A DNA stretch of 53,662 nt, filler included, from Bipalium vagum (lineage: Eukaryota): NCBI GenBank assembly GCA_037834085.1. It is 3 parts of 3 records of this genome, joined end to end, with 100 filler letters (N's around TTAATTAATTAA, not from the genome) between each part and the next. Parts side by side here need not be neighbours in the genome. Positions count along the whole stretch, not along the records: positions 36,645 to 53,662 come from JBBMKC010082464.1; 2 more parts are not named here. One strand, 5' to 3'. The position numbers were made by a program, and so were the translations under genes. The notes below the pieces were generated by a model that made no database searches, was not told where the DNA came from, and worked only from the letters and a program-made list of their open reading frames with translations. This document shows, piece after piece, positions 39,950-51,819 of this stretch. Each line of letters opens with the position of its first letter. Position 1 is the stretch's first letter.

Positions 39950-41130
39950 TTTAAAATCTAATATACATTGTTGTAACATTGTTGATTGTAGTCTTTGAAC
40001 CCGTTACATTGAATTCTTCCAAACATTATCAGAAATTTTGTTTAAAGAGATCGAACAGTCCTCATCAATCCATTTTTAAATAACATTTTGCTGTTTAGCA
40101 GATAATTTTGGGAAATTAAACTTTACAAAGTCAAAATAGACCTTTAACATGACAAAATAGAATTGAAAACTTTGTAAATATTATTTAATCAATTATTAAT
40201 GATGGAATTTATTTATTTTATTTTATATCAATATCATTTCTATTTTTCAAAAATTATTTCAGTATAACCTCTCTCCTTATTGCCTTTTGGCTTTCAGAAT
40301 CTTAAAAAATCCGACTTCAGGATATTGTTGTACATAATCTGACACCTTTCATAAAATTCAGACGTTTCAGATCGTTTGAGTTCATTTTCTTTATTATAAA
40401 TTCTGCTTCTATCCATAAGAACTATCTTTAGTATTAAGCATAAATTATTTCCGTGATTCTAGTTTTGAAATATCTAAACTTTTAATCAATCTAATTGTTC
40501 ACCAAAAATATAAACTTTCCTTCAGTAATATAAAAATTGTAAAAGCTTAAGAAACTCTTGAAAAATTTTGTATTTAAGTTTGTTGAATGTTTTGATTGCT
40601 TCATTCGTTGTCCTATCTCTTGCTATACCATCTTTATTGATTAGATTGCTTAAAGTTTTGATAAAGTTTCAGAAATTGGCTTTTTAGAAAATGTAGACGG
40701 AATTCTACTTTTTGAATTTTATTAATACATTTCATTTTATTTTTCGATGATCTCCTTCCTAAAATATCAAGATATCACACAGGCTAACAAATTTTATCAT
40801 TTTCTTTTGAATTGAGCAATTATAGAAGACATCTCTAAGAAACAATATTGTACAGGTTTTTCAAAAAAAACTTTTTTTGCGATAAAACCTTATCAAAATT
40901 CACTAAAAAAAAGTTAATAAAAACACATCTGCAAATGTAATCTTTCAGTCTTGTGATCTGAGTCTCTTCTATGTCATCAATTCATTATTTCCCTAGAATC
41001 ATTGTACTTTACTATTTCATTGAGCTATCTAAAAGAATATCGAAATATATTATCTATAATTCCTTTCTTCGTTTTTTTCTCATACTCATCTCATATCCAA
41101 CATCACTGTGACTGTTCCAAGAACATAAAC
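39950..41130 (-). mobile_element. Decayed L1/Tx1-like LINE RT remnant
   Basis: Ordered remnants VSLCD (RPISLCN-like), GIARDRTTNEAI (GFxxGRSTxDAI-like) and SLDISK (LDxxKAFD-like). Confidence 0.45.
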
Positions 41131-41308
41131 AAATATTTAACCTTTACATATTTTATATTTTCCATACCTTTCGTACAAAATTCTTATAGCATATATTCTT
41201 TTCATTTAAAATATTAAAAGTTTATAAAATATAAAGATTTCAACGAAAAAACTTAGAGAATTGATTGATTTATCGAAAAAAAGAATATATAAATAAAATA
41301 TGCACTCA

Positions 41309-41681
<373 letters not shown>

Positions 41682-42335
41682 CTAGTACGACCGTAAAAAG
41701 ATCATTAATTGTGTATCACGATTTTAAAATATAGATATATAAATCGATGGTAAATAAAATAAATGATATTAAAAACGAATAGTTAATTAATGAAATTTTA
41801 CTTTTTTTTTAAAAAACAGTTAGATAATGTAAAAATCATTATAAACAGATAGTCTAAGAACAATTTTTCCTCAATAAAATATTTATAACTTTTTTCAATA
41901 AATTCGAATCATTCGTTTAAAAAAATATAAGATTAGAAATTTTTATGGAAAAATAGGAACACAAGGACAACTCATGGTTTTAACTTTCTCCTGCTTGAAT
42001 GTTAATCTCAAGTTTTCTTTCTCTTATTAATAATTATTGGTAAATCTTTTACTCTTCATTATTATTAAAATTCTCCATAATCACTTTAAATTGTTTTGCA
42101 TTAACTTTAGTTTTTCATAAAACAGTATTTATTGAATGTTCTAGGACATCTTTACTGGGGCTTTTTATAATTCCAAATTATCACTAATACGTGTTCTGAG
42201 GTGACGCTATTTCCCCTATGTATTACTGATGATTGAAAAATTTTGGCACAAACATATGACCAAAAAAACGCAGAAAATCTTTAAATAAAAAACCAATTGA
42301 ATATAGATTTATAACTTCATTAATATATTTTTATA

Positions 42336-43045
42336 TTGGGTAGTCTAAAAAGTTTTCGCAGATTTTGGTAAAACGAATAAGCTAGAAAAATAAAGTCGAA
42401 TTGAAAAATTTATTAAATTACATAATTATCATTTTGATCGACAATGTCTTGCCATTGATTTGGTAAAGCCAAAATTCCGTCAGTGTAAAACTTTTTTGAT
42501 TTATTGGCAAAAAAGTGAGATAAGTGTTTTTCGCAATCCTCTTTTGAATTTAATTTTACACCATTAAGGGAGTTCTGCAATGAGCGAAAAAGATGATAGT
42601 CTGGCTTTGCTATATCACGACTATATGGAGGATGCAACAAAAATTTCCAATCAAGATCCCTCAATTTCTGCTGCGTCATGAAAGATACATGCGGTCGGGC
42701 GTTGTCATGGTGAAACACAACGACTTTCCCATTGATCAATTCGGGACGCTTTCTTGCAATTTCATGATGTACTCTTGTCAACTGTTCACAGTAGATAACT
42801 TAGTTTATTTTCTGTCCTGGTTGGAGTAATTCATAATGGACTATTTCCTTGTAATCCCACCAAACACAGAGCATTAACTTCCTTGAAGTCATTTTTGGTT
42901 TCGCCACAGTTTGTGCAAGACCTTTTTCGTATTATAATAAATTATAAAATGATATATTAAAACAAAATCAATTTCAATCAAACTACATAAAGAACAGTTT
43001 CACCGTCTATTAACAAAATAGGCGGAAACTTTTTAGACAACCCAA
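42336..43045 (-). mobile_element. Internally deleted mariner (DD34D) with intact TIRs, in S6K intron 3
   Basis: TIRs TTGGGT(A/T)GTCTAAAAAGTTT(T/C)CGC with TA flanks. ORF 42413-42781 HHDNARPH...HPPYSRDIAKPDYHLF, 34 residues counted between the Asps. VWWDYKEIVHYELL upstream. Confidence 0.95.
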
Positions 43046-43058
43046 TATATAAGAAACA

Positions 43059-43680
43059 GATGGCTCGGATGACAGCCCTTATAGAAAAAATGAAAATATT
43101 CAGAAACGAATCTAATTTTTCATTAAACGAATGAAAATATCAGATGTCATTAAATATTTTCAAGCTGAACGTATTCTAAGAACAACAAATTATTGTGTCA
43201 TCAAACAATTCAAAAATGATCTATCATAATATGACAAGTTTAGAATATGTCATCCTCCAAAAATAAACCTACAGATTCTGAAAAAATTGCGAATTTCTAT
43301 TGAAAACCGTGTTGGTGTTAGCCAGAGATGTTTAGTTAATAAATTTAACTTGTCCAAGACATGTATACAAGAAATATTGGAGATGGATTTTAAATATTTT
43401 AATATAACGTGCACCGAAGTATACTGAAAATCATATGGAAAAAATAATTAAGTGTAGAAAATTACGAAGAGAAATAATTTATTCCGAAACTTTTATTATT
43501 CATGATGTTGAAAATTACTTCACTTTTTCAGGTGTTGATATTCCCGGTAATACAGGTTTTATTCGTCAGTATGTTAGGTTAAAATACAAAAATAAAATTC
43601 GAGTCTCAAATATTATTATCGTTGGCAATTTCCGAGAAAGGCATTTCGTCACCATACTTTGGGTCAATAAGAGGATATTT
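43059..43680 (+). mobile_element. DD37E-like Tc1/mariner remnant
   Basis: NRVGVSQRCLVNKFNLS and IIHDVENYFTFSG (MDDExYF-like). Confidence 0.5.
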
Positions 43681-43789
43681 ATCACAGTCTTCTCTGGTAA
43701 TCATTGTAACTCTATTAACGTAATTATGCAGTGACGGAAACAAATTCTAGTCCGACAGTGGACTACATATGGACTAGTCTAAATATGGA

Positions 43790-44940
43790 CTAAATGTCTG
43801 TTGCATCAAAACTTCACAGCTTTAGAATCATTAAAGATGTGTGTGGTTGAGTGTTCCTGTGATGGAAGACATGGCCTTTTTTGTTTCGAAATGCAAACTG
43901 GTTTTTTTCATCGATTGATTTCATCTTTCAAGTTGATCATAATAAGATATAAATTCAATCGTTTGAACAGGTTCCAGTAGCTCATTATGCAAGATTCCGT
44001 TCAAATTCCAGAAAACATAGAACATAAGCTTTCTTTAAGACAATTGCTGTTTTGCAAGTTTGTGGAACTTCATCTTTTTAGACAAATTTTTTCTAACATG
44101 ATCCACTTTTCATCTTCGGTGATCATATTTTTTCAAAATGATTCAAGTTCATTTCTTTTAAATAAATATTCACAAAAGAAATTTTGCTGATCAAATTCAA
44201 TTCAAATAAATTATAAGACATCAAATTGTAAAAAAAATTCCAGGTGATTTAAAACAGTTTGACAAATCTTTATCAATATGACAACTGCTTCTGTGAAGGT
44301 TTTGTTTGATTATTTTCATGATTTCGACGTCTTTATCTTCGATTAAGTTTCTTTCAAAAATAAAACAGTGATTTATTTCAAATCCTAATACCTCGAGTAT
44401 TTGAAAATTAATGAGATCCACGACCCCTCGACTATAATTGTTCAGATAACATAGTACTGTTCTTTCGAGATCGACTTTTGCTTCGCCAAGTAAAATCTGA
44501 TATTTTCCTTCTTTTATTCATCATTACCTCTGTCAAAGACCTCTGATTAAATTGGGACTTTGACATCAATAATTAGACATTCTCAGTCTCTTGTTGACCA
44601 ATTGTCTATCAGAAATTATGATTTGACTTAAAAAATTTTTTGTTGTCGTCGTGTATCTTTTACCCTTCTTTAAGTATCGATAACAAATTAACAAAGTTAT
44701 CGCAAACATCATCGTGCATTTTTCATATCGACATGATGTAGTTGTATTCACATAGGGTGGGTGAGGCAGTTTCTTCTTTCCCAGAGCAATTTCCACAGTC
44801 CCAATTTTTTTTCGATTTTTATTCTTCGACGCAATTACTGAATAAAGTACTACACAGGATTGCGTTTATTATTTTTTTCCTTTTGACGACCATCTTAGGC
44901 AGTATTTCTGTGCTGCACAGATAAGCCAAATTTTCAAACG
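43790..44940 (-). mobile_element. Possible L1/Tx1-like LINE ORF2 C-terminal remnant
   Basis: GGLGLI-like remnant near 44410-44430 and an EHSTTHIFND (CCHC-region-like) remnant near 43830-43870. Very decayed. Confidence 0.35.
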
Positions 44941-47254
44941 TATTCTTATCCACGAACAGGAAATTTAACTTATTTTTAAAGAATTTACTACATTTCTTTA
45001 TAATTACAAAAGTTCTTAAGTAACGCTATTTTCAAAAATTTTATAAAATTTTATAAAATGGGACGTTTTAAATGATCCTAAATTTTACAATATAAAATTG
45101 TGTATGAAATAATAAAAGAAATTTATGTTAAATATTAAAAATGAGTTAAGTACAAGGACATCTTTATATATTAAAATCAACAGTCTGACGTAAATGAAAA
45201 AAAATTGAACTAGGACCAAGTCCAACGACTTAAGCATCATTAACGGGGCATTATCCTTGAGAAACTAAATTTCAACTCGGTTACATATGAAAGAAAAAAT
45301 GTTCAAATTATTTTTTTATTGATGAAACAAAATCTTTTCGTGCTTCACAACATTTTCCATAATTATCTACTTTGTATTGCTTAAGTAAAAAATCACCAGA
45401 ACTTATTTAGACACAATATCTAAAAAAATAAAAAAATTGGTTCCTACTTTTTACTGGCACACTTACACCACTACTATATACACATGTCGATAGTATTGAT
45501 ATTCTGAACAGCAGAATAACACTTGTAATCAATAAAATTCTTATTCACCGGAAATGATTAAAATGTTAGTAATTACATGCAAATGAGTTTAAAATTTCTC
45601 CGGTATAACGAAGGTCAATTCGAGCAACTGTAATAAATTTTAAAACATTAAAATTGTTATTTCAGTATTTCCGTGATTACCAAGAAAAATAATTTTAAAA
45701 AAATATCTCAAGATATTTTCTTTCTTTTCTTTCTTTGGGACTAATGTGTTATATAAATATTTTTGTATATATGTCGTAAGACCTAACATATAAAACTTCT
45801 GTATTTAAAAGATTCATAATTACCAAAAAATGTAGGATACAAAATCCGATAAATTTTGAAAAATATGAATTTTCTGGATTTCATCAAATAATAATAGTTA
45901 AAATGTTCTCATAATATTTCTGTTTAATAAATAATAATAAAATTATAATCATAGTTAACTTGAAAGATGAAATGTTTAATTTTATCGAGAGAAATATATA
46001 ATAAATAAATTTAGAAGTCAACCTTGTTCCCCTGACTTTCTTTGAGTTTTAGAAATATTTTTATATTTTAGAGTGATTTTAATCAATAATTTTGGAATAA
46101 GAAAAATTTTAATTCTCTTTCATTTATTGCATTTTTCTGTAACAAGAACGAGACTGTTGGTAAAATAAGTTCTGGTGACTCTAAAGAAACGATGAAAGAC
46201 AAAATAACAAATCCATTTAGAGAAGAACATTTCGAAAAAAATAATTGTATTTGTCGCGATATTGACGAACACATCATCTCGAAGTTCATTATCGATTACA
46301 GTACAACAAAGAATATATTCTTTCGAACCTTTCAATTAAGATATCATGTGTTAAGAAATCATGGTCGCCAACCAAAGGCAAACTACTACATAGTACTTTT
46401 TTAAAAAATATTGATCCAATCCAAACCCGTTGTTTGTGACATATAACTAGACAATTGCAACGTGAAAGTGAAAAAATCACATAAAAATGCCAGAAAAATG
46501 TTTATTTCTTATTCTGCAATTACGAGAACCAATAGAATTCAATCTTCAACTCATCAGTCATTATTATTTTTATTAACTCTACTAACGCCCACTGTTTAAT
46601 AATCATTGTGAAAGTGATGAGAGATGCAATCTGTGCTCAAAATCATTTAATGACAAAAAACAAATAATTTTTATAAATAAATAAACAATATTTTTATCAA
46701 TAACATTAATTATAAAATTAAATAAAAATATATTATAATCCCAATATTTGAAAATAATTTTAAAATATCAGAAAGTTGTATTTGAATATTATAAAATTAT
46801 TATTATTCTTTGAACTTCCAATTTCGAAACAATCGATTATCGATAAAATTAATTATTTCATTTTTGATAGAAGAAATCAATGCTTGACATTTTTATTTCA
46901 GTATTTCTTATAGCAAAAATACAATGAATCACAAACCAAAAAACACATTCTAAATATTTTTATTTTGGTTCCGCTATTTTTTGCAAAATTAAATTTTAAT
47001 ATTGATTTAGTGATGTTAAATACATGTAAAATTTTATAAATTTTAAATTGAGGTGTCTTTGAAAATTATTAGTGTAAGAATAATGTTGTTCAAATCATAT
47101 TTCAAAATTGAAACATTTATAAAAATATCTTTACTTTAAAAATCATATGAAAATTGAAAGAAATAAAGTGATTTAGAGGAAATCAATTGTATAATATGGT
47201 TTTTAGATTTAAAGGGTATGCACAAGTTCATACAATAACAGTTTTAACTCTAAC

Positions 47255-47519
47255 ATTTACGGCCTCCAAAATATTTCGTTCCGTCATTGCATATTTTGTG
47301 TCGTTTTTCTTGTTTGTTACCAGTCTGGCCTTTTTCACCACTTTCATGGCGAAATATTCGTTAGACATGACTCCGTTAACTTTCTTCGCCAAAAACACTT
47401 GTCCATATCCTCCTTTGCCAAGCTTTTTCAGTAAATCGAAATCGTGAGACGTTACTTTTTCTCCAGGAGGGTTGACATTTTCCTCACAGATATCCACCGC
47501 TTTGGATGCTTGTGAATAC
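47255..47519 (-). CDS. S6K: S6K coding exon 3 (kinase subdomains I-III)
   Basis: YSQASKAVDICEENVNPPGEKVTSHDFDLLKKLGKGGYGQVFLAKKVNGVMSNEYFAMKVVKKARLVTNKKNDTKYAMTERNILEAVN|gttaga. LGKGGYG, FAMKV-KKA and ERNILE match p70 S6K. Confidence 0.93.
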
Positions 47520-47743
47520 CTTTGGTGAATGAAATTTCAGCTTAATAGTGTTTATATAATTGTAGTCATTATTTCAAGTATTCTTCTCAACATCAATTTT
47601 AAATTGAATTTTTTTTATTTCAGAATATATTATAGAATCATGTTAAAATTTGATTATTCTGCATTGGCATTACATATCTTAATGAAATGAAATATTAAAG
47701 CTACTCAAATGTTAATCAAATTTTCATTCAAATCTAAACATAC

Positions 47744-47781
47744 TCGTCCAACTCGTAAGATCCAAAATTCATAGCATTAGT
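47744..47781 (-). CDS. S6K: S6K coding exon 2 (38 nt)
   Basis: attttaag|act...gac ga|gtatgt, TNAMNFGSYELD(E). Phase 0 to 2 exactly bridges exon 1 and exon 3. Confidence 0.65.
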
Positions 47782-47830
47782 CTTAAAATATTCATATTAA
47801 ACAGTAAATATTTCTAATCAAAAAACATAC

Positions 47831-47923
47831 GTTTAAATCTAAACAATCATTTACATTACAATTCAGCTGGAGATTTTTAAAATCATTCAATCCTTCAAAT
47901 GAAGAAACACTAGCTAGAGCCAT
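47831..47923 (-). CDS. S6K: Ribosomal protein S6 kinase (p70 S6K-like), coding exon 1
   Basis: ATG at 47923, MALASVSSFEGLNDFKNLQLNCNVNDCLDLN, donor aac|gtatgt, then a 49-nt intron. Phase-compatible with the downstream exons, but it carries no conserved motif. Confidence 0.65.
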
Positions 47924-47942
47924 AGTTTACAAGTAACAATAC

Positions 47943-48051
47943 CTACACATTAAATTGCAATAGTAAAATTAAAAAGTGCCAAATATAAAACTATTTATTA
48001 AAACAAACCATTTAATAAAAAATTAACTAATTTTTCATTAAGTAAACTTAC
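47943..48051 (-). other. Probable 5' UTR intron of S6K
   Basis: Consensus donor ttg|GTAAGT at 48051 and acceptor gtgTAG at 47943, 19 nt before the ATG. Confidence 0.5.
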
Positions 48052-48308
48052 CAAGATAAAACATTCTGTACAGAATAATCATATTATTTTTTCTTATTTA
48101 AAAATTTATTTATACACAAAATATTTTGAAAAAACTTAACAATTGAAAATCATTTATTAATACCATATAAAATCACTAATAATCAAGAAATACAAATAAC
48201 CAAAGGAAAGAACACTCATAACATCTATTACTATATTTATGTCAAAAAATGTATTCAGAAATCACAAACAATTAATATTATGCAAAAGTAATTAAAATTA
48301 AAAGTATT

Positions 48309-48506
48309 TTAGTCCTTTTTTTGTCTTTGAGTTGTCATTCGATAAATTATGCTATCTCTTCCTGGATCCATGTTCCACATTCCATATGCTATAGCATAAA
48401 CAGTAAGAACTAAAGCAACTACAATCCATAATATTAAATTAAACATTGCTGGAAAATCTTCAGTATAATCTTCGGAAACATTAATGCTTTTCTCGAAATT
48501 GGTTAA
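48309..48506 (-). CDS. ATP6AP2: ATP6AP2 / (pro)renin receptor / V-ATPase M8-9 accessory subunit, terminal coding exon
   Basis: gcttag|tta acc...gac taa, LTNFEKSINVSEDYTEDFPAMFNLILWIVVALVLTVYAIAYGMWNMDPGRDSIIYRMTTQRQKKD*. A TM helix followed by the diagnostic WNMDPGxDSIIYRMT tail. Confidence 0.93.
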   Translation of the reverse strand, partial: LTNFEKSINVSEDYTEDFPAMFNLILWIVVALVLTVYAIAYGMWNMDPGRDSIIYRMTTQRQKKD

Positions 48507-48551
48507 CTAAGCAATAATACATTAATCTTTATTAAAACATTAAAATTTTAC

Positions 48552-48614
48552 CATTAAAAATACCATATCAGTATAAAATATCTCTAAATTTGTATGATGA
48601 TATAGGAATTTAAA
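48552..48614 (-). CDS. ATP6AP2: Candidate penultimate ATP6AP2 exon
   Basis: caattag|ttt...atg|gtaaaa, FKFLYHHTNLEIFYTDMVFLM, phase 0, 45-nt intron to the last exon. No recognisable homology, and an alternative donor exists 12 nt upstream. Confidence 0.4.
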
Positions 48615-49249
48615 CTAATTGATATATATAAACAAAAATAAAATAACATTTCATGAACATCAAATTTAAATCTTTATGATGTAATTTAATTTTTTAATAA
48701 TTTAATTTAAATTTTCTTTTAAAATAATAAGTTTTTTTAACAAATTTATATATGAAATTTTAAAATCAATATTTTTTTACAATTTAAACTTAAAATTTTA
48801 TATTTAGTATATTTCCTTTAAAGTATGGTCAGTTGATGAGTTTAGTACCTATATATAACTGACTTAATAATATTATTAATAGTAAATAAGGAAGCTCTGT
48901 TTTTAAAATTAAGGAAAAGAATTAAATAAAAATACTTTATTTTAATGATTCATAATCAAAGAAATTATTTATTCAAATAGAAATTTTAAAAAAACAGGGT
49001 GACATTGAATAGACAAGGGAATAATAATATGATTAAATAATAAAGATAAAGTTATGGTGAATCAAAAATGTAATTGTGCAACGAAAAAGACTTAAATAAT
49101 AAACATCATTATATCAATGAATTCAAGCTCTCTGTTCCAGTCGAGGAAGTGACTATACCGTAGAGGCATGATCCTGATGACACACTAATGGTTGATGGTA
49201 AAACGGTAACTTAATACTAGCTATCACTTTTCTTGACTCTCAAGATCGT

Positions 49250-51150
49250 AATGACTGTCTTTTTAATCTGATCTACCTATTTCTGAAAACAATTTGTATG
49301 AACAATGAACGGTAATCTTGACTTTCTGAGTCTCATCAACGATAAGTTATTCGGTGTCATCTTTCAACCGTATATATTTTTTTAAACGTTCTCTAGAATT
49401 TCAGTCTCTTTTCTCTGATTGGTTCTAGAGTTCCCTCAACTTTGTCTCTAATTCAAAAATTATTCCATTAAATTTTGTATGAAATCGTTTTTTTGTTTAT
49501 CCTTTGCGAATATGTTATGTTATTATATATTATTCTATATTATGTCCTACTATCTCTCATGCCTTTTGCAGTCTCTCTTACGTTATGACTTTCTAGTTTT
49601 CTTCGTCTAAATACTTCTACTTCCATTTCAAGTACTCTGAATCAACTGACATCATTTTTCCTCAAATACATTACATAAAACGGTGTATCGATTGTTACAT
49701 TTAATTCTCACTTTTTAAAATTTTTCTAATTAAGTTGTTTATGAAGTTTGTTTCTTTGTCCGTTAACAGTTTTCGGAGTGCTTCGTGTCTGATAACAATT
49801 TCTTTCAGAAAAAGTATCGTTACTGTTGTCACTTTTTGGTTGTTTATTGCAAATACTTCTGGTCCCTTGGAGAAATAGTAACGCATCAACATGATGAAAT
49901 GGTTTCCTGTTATCGATTCTGGTAATAATTTCACAATATTCATTGTTACTATTTCTAGTGGTACTAAGGATGGTTCAATTTTTTTGAGAGGCACTACTTT
50001 TCAGGCTCCTATTTCTCTTTTATATGAAAAAGTTTTGCAAGATTAGCACCAATTATTGATATTTTACTTCTTGGTGAATTCAGATCAATCATCATCTTTG
50101 TCTGATGTTATTGGTCCCACCTTCTTCTTTCTCTTGGGGTTTGGGTTCCAAGTTTTATTTTTAAAAAATATGACTCTCTTTTGTCACTACTTGACAAACT
50201 ATTACCGGACTTCACCACTACTTTTATCTCATCACATGGTATTTTCTATTTCATCTCGTGAAATAATTTCTTGAGTTCTTAACTTTGTCCCATGATAACC
50301 ATTAATGAAACATTTTTCCGAAAACGATAAACCAACCGTAATTAGTCTCCAGGTAAACCCGATTGTATAAGCAGGCATAAACATAATCCAAAATTTACTA
50401 AAATGAACATGGTACATATTCTATTAATTCCCACCATAAAATTACTAAATTCTGTGAATCTCCTTCAAGTCTTTTCCAGTAATTTCATCATTGGTTTTTA
50501 TAATTATTTTGGCTCAATAATACTTCATAATTACTTTTATCCGCTGATCCACCAGTTTCTTGCATCAACTAAATTTGTTATTAGTATCTTAGTTCTTTCT
50601 GGAAACACCACTCGTCTTGGCTTTCTCAATATCCTGAGTTGTAGAAATTTCTCACGATGCCAATTAATCAAAATCTTCAATTTTCAATTTTATTCTTGAT
50701 TTTTACCTGTACCCTTAACATCCTTGATTCAGCTACATCGAAAGAATTTTTCTATCATCCTATTTGCGCTTCAAATCAAACTATGTGTGTGTGTCTGTCC
50801 TTTCCGAATCCCGTTTATTTTATCGACCATTTTCAGAATCTATTTTATGTCCATCATTGCTTTTTCCTCGTCAATTCGACTTACAATTAATAAGGCAACC
50901 ATAACTCATCAAAGGTGTTATCTGGTTTATCCACAAAATTTTCTAAATCTGCAAAAATCTCTCATGTAAAATTACGTGGTTCTCCATAAACAAATCTATT
51001 AATTCTATCAATCTGCGTATGCGCGTCTAGTCCTCTCTATGGTTCTCGTTTGATTGGCCTTCCCTACCTTTAACAAATTTTACATATCAATGTCTAAAAG
51101 CTGTTCATTAGTTGTACTTCTGTAGATTGTCAAGCTAATGCTTTCAGCAG
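49250..51150 (-). mobile_element. Decayed Gypsy/Ty3 LTR retrotransposon (integrase core)
   Basis: ORF 49701-49994 PLEIVTMNIVKLLPES..GNHFI...YFSK.PEVFAI...LLTDKETNF with the catalytic Asp decayed. TPFYVMYLR downstream. LTRs not identified; boundaries approximate. Confidence 0.8.
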
Positions 51151-51752
51151 GTTTCGAAGCTAAGTGTCGGAATTTCTATTCCTATAAATAATTTTTTTGT
51201 CAGTTTTTGTGACATTCTTGACATTTTGTAAGAATTTATTAGATCATTTATACAAATATGAACATACCATATTTTCACGAAGATTTCAAAAATGAAATAA
51301 AATTTATTTCTGTATTCTTACTTTAATAAAAAATTGTAAAAAAAATTGCAAAAATTAATTACTGAAATCGGAAATTTAATACGAAACAACATAATAACTG
51401 CATGTAGTAAGAAAAATAATTACACTATGAAAAATTTGATCTTTTTTAGTTTGAGGTCTTGTTTACATAATATAGTAGAATTTTATTAATTTTATATTCG
51501 AATTAAATAACTAGTTCAGGAAAGAATAAATTATAGAAAGAATTATTGATAATATTTGTGTTAAGTTTTGTGTGAGTGAGGGTATGTATAATTTATCTTG
51601 ATCTGACTCCTAAGGTAGTGTACTGATCACAAAAAAATAAAACGACTTTTTAAAAGTTTTATTTATAATACACTTTACAACTTTTTAAAAGATTTTCCTT
51701 CTACTAAAATCAAAATGACAATTTGTAATTAAAGAAGATATTCAATCTACAC

Positions 51753-51819
51753 CAGGAAATTTGTAGACGCCCTGAAGTAAAATAGCGAAGCTGATAACTA
51801 GTTTACCAGATCGTAATTG
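51753..51819 (-). CDS. Candidate upstream ATP6AP2 exon
   Basis: ttctag|caa...cct g|gtgtag, QLRSGKLVISFAILLQGVYKFP, followed by a 49-nt GT-AG intron (51704-51752) and VEGKSFKK. Loosely resembles the ATP6AP2 N-terminal hydrophobic strand + GV segment. The downstream frame is unresolved. Confidence 0.35.

Noticed and set aside
42593-42829. Antisense or alternate-frame ORFs over transposases (also 6327-6530, 18411-18749, 28860-29165, 37915-38100) and 47187-47447 over S6K
   Set aside because: Shadow frames of real coding or TE sequence with no independent motifs.
43748-43795. Repeated TGGACTA/TAGTCC motifs resembling an array
   Set aside because: Only a few 6-10-nt units at a TE junction; more likely subterminal TE repeats. 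No CRISPR-like repeat-spacer structure was seen in the window.
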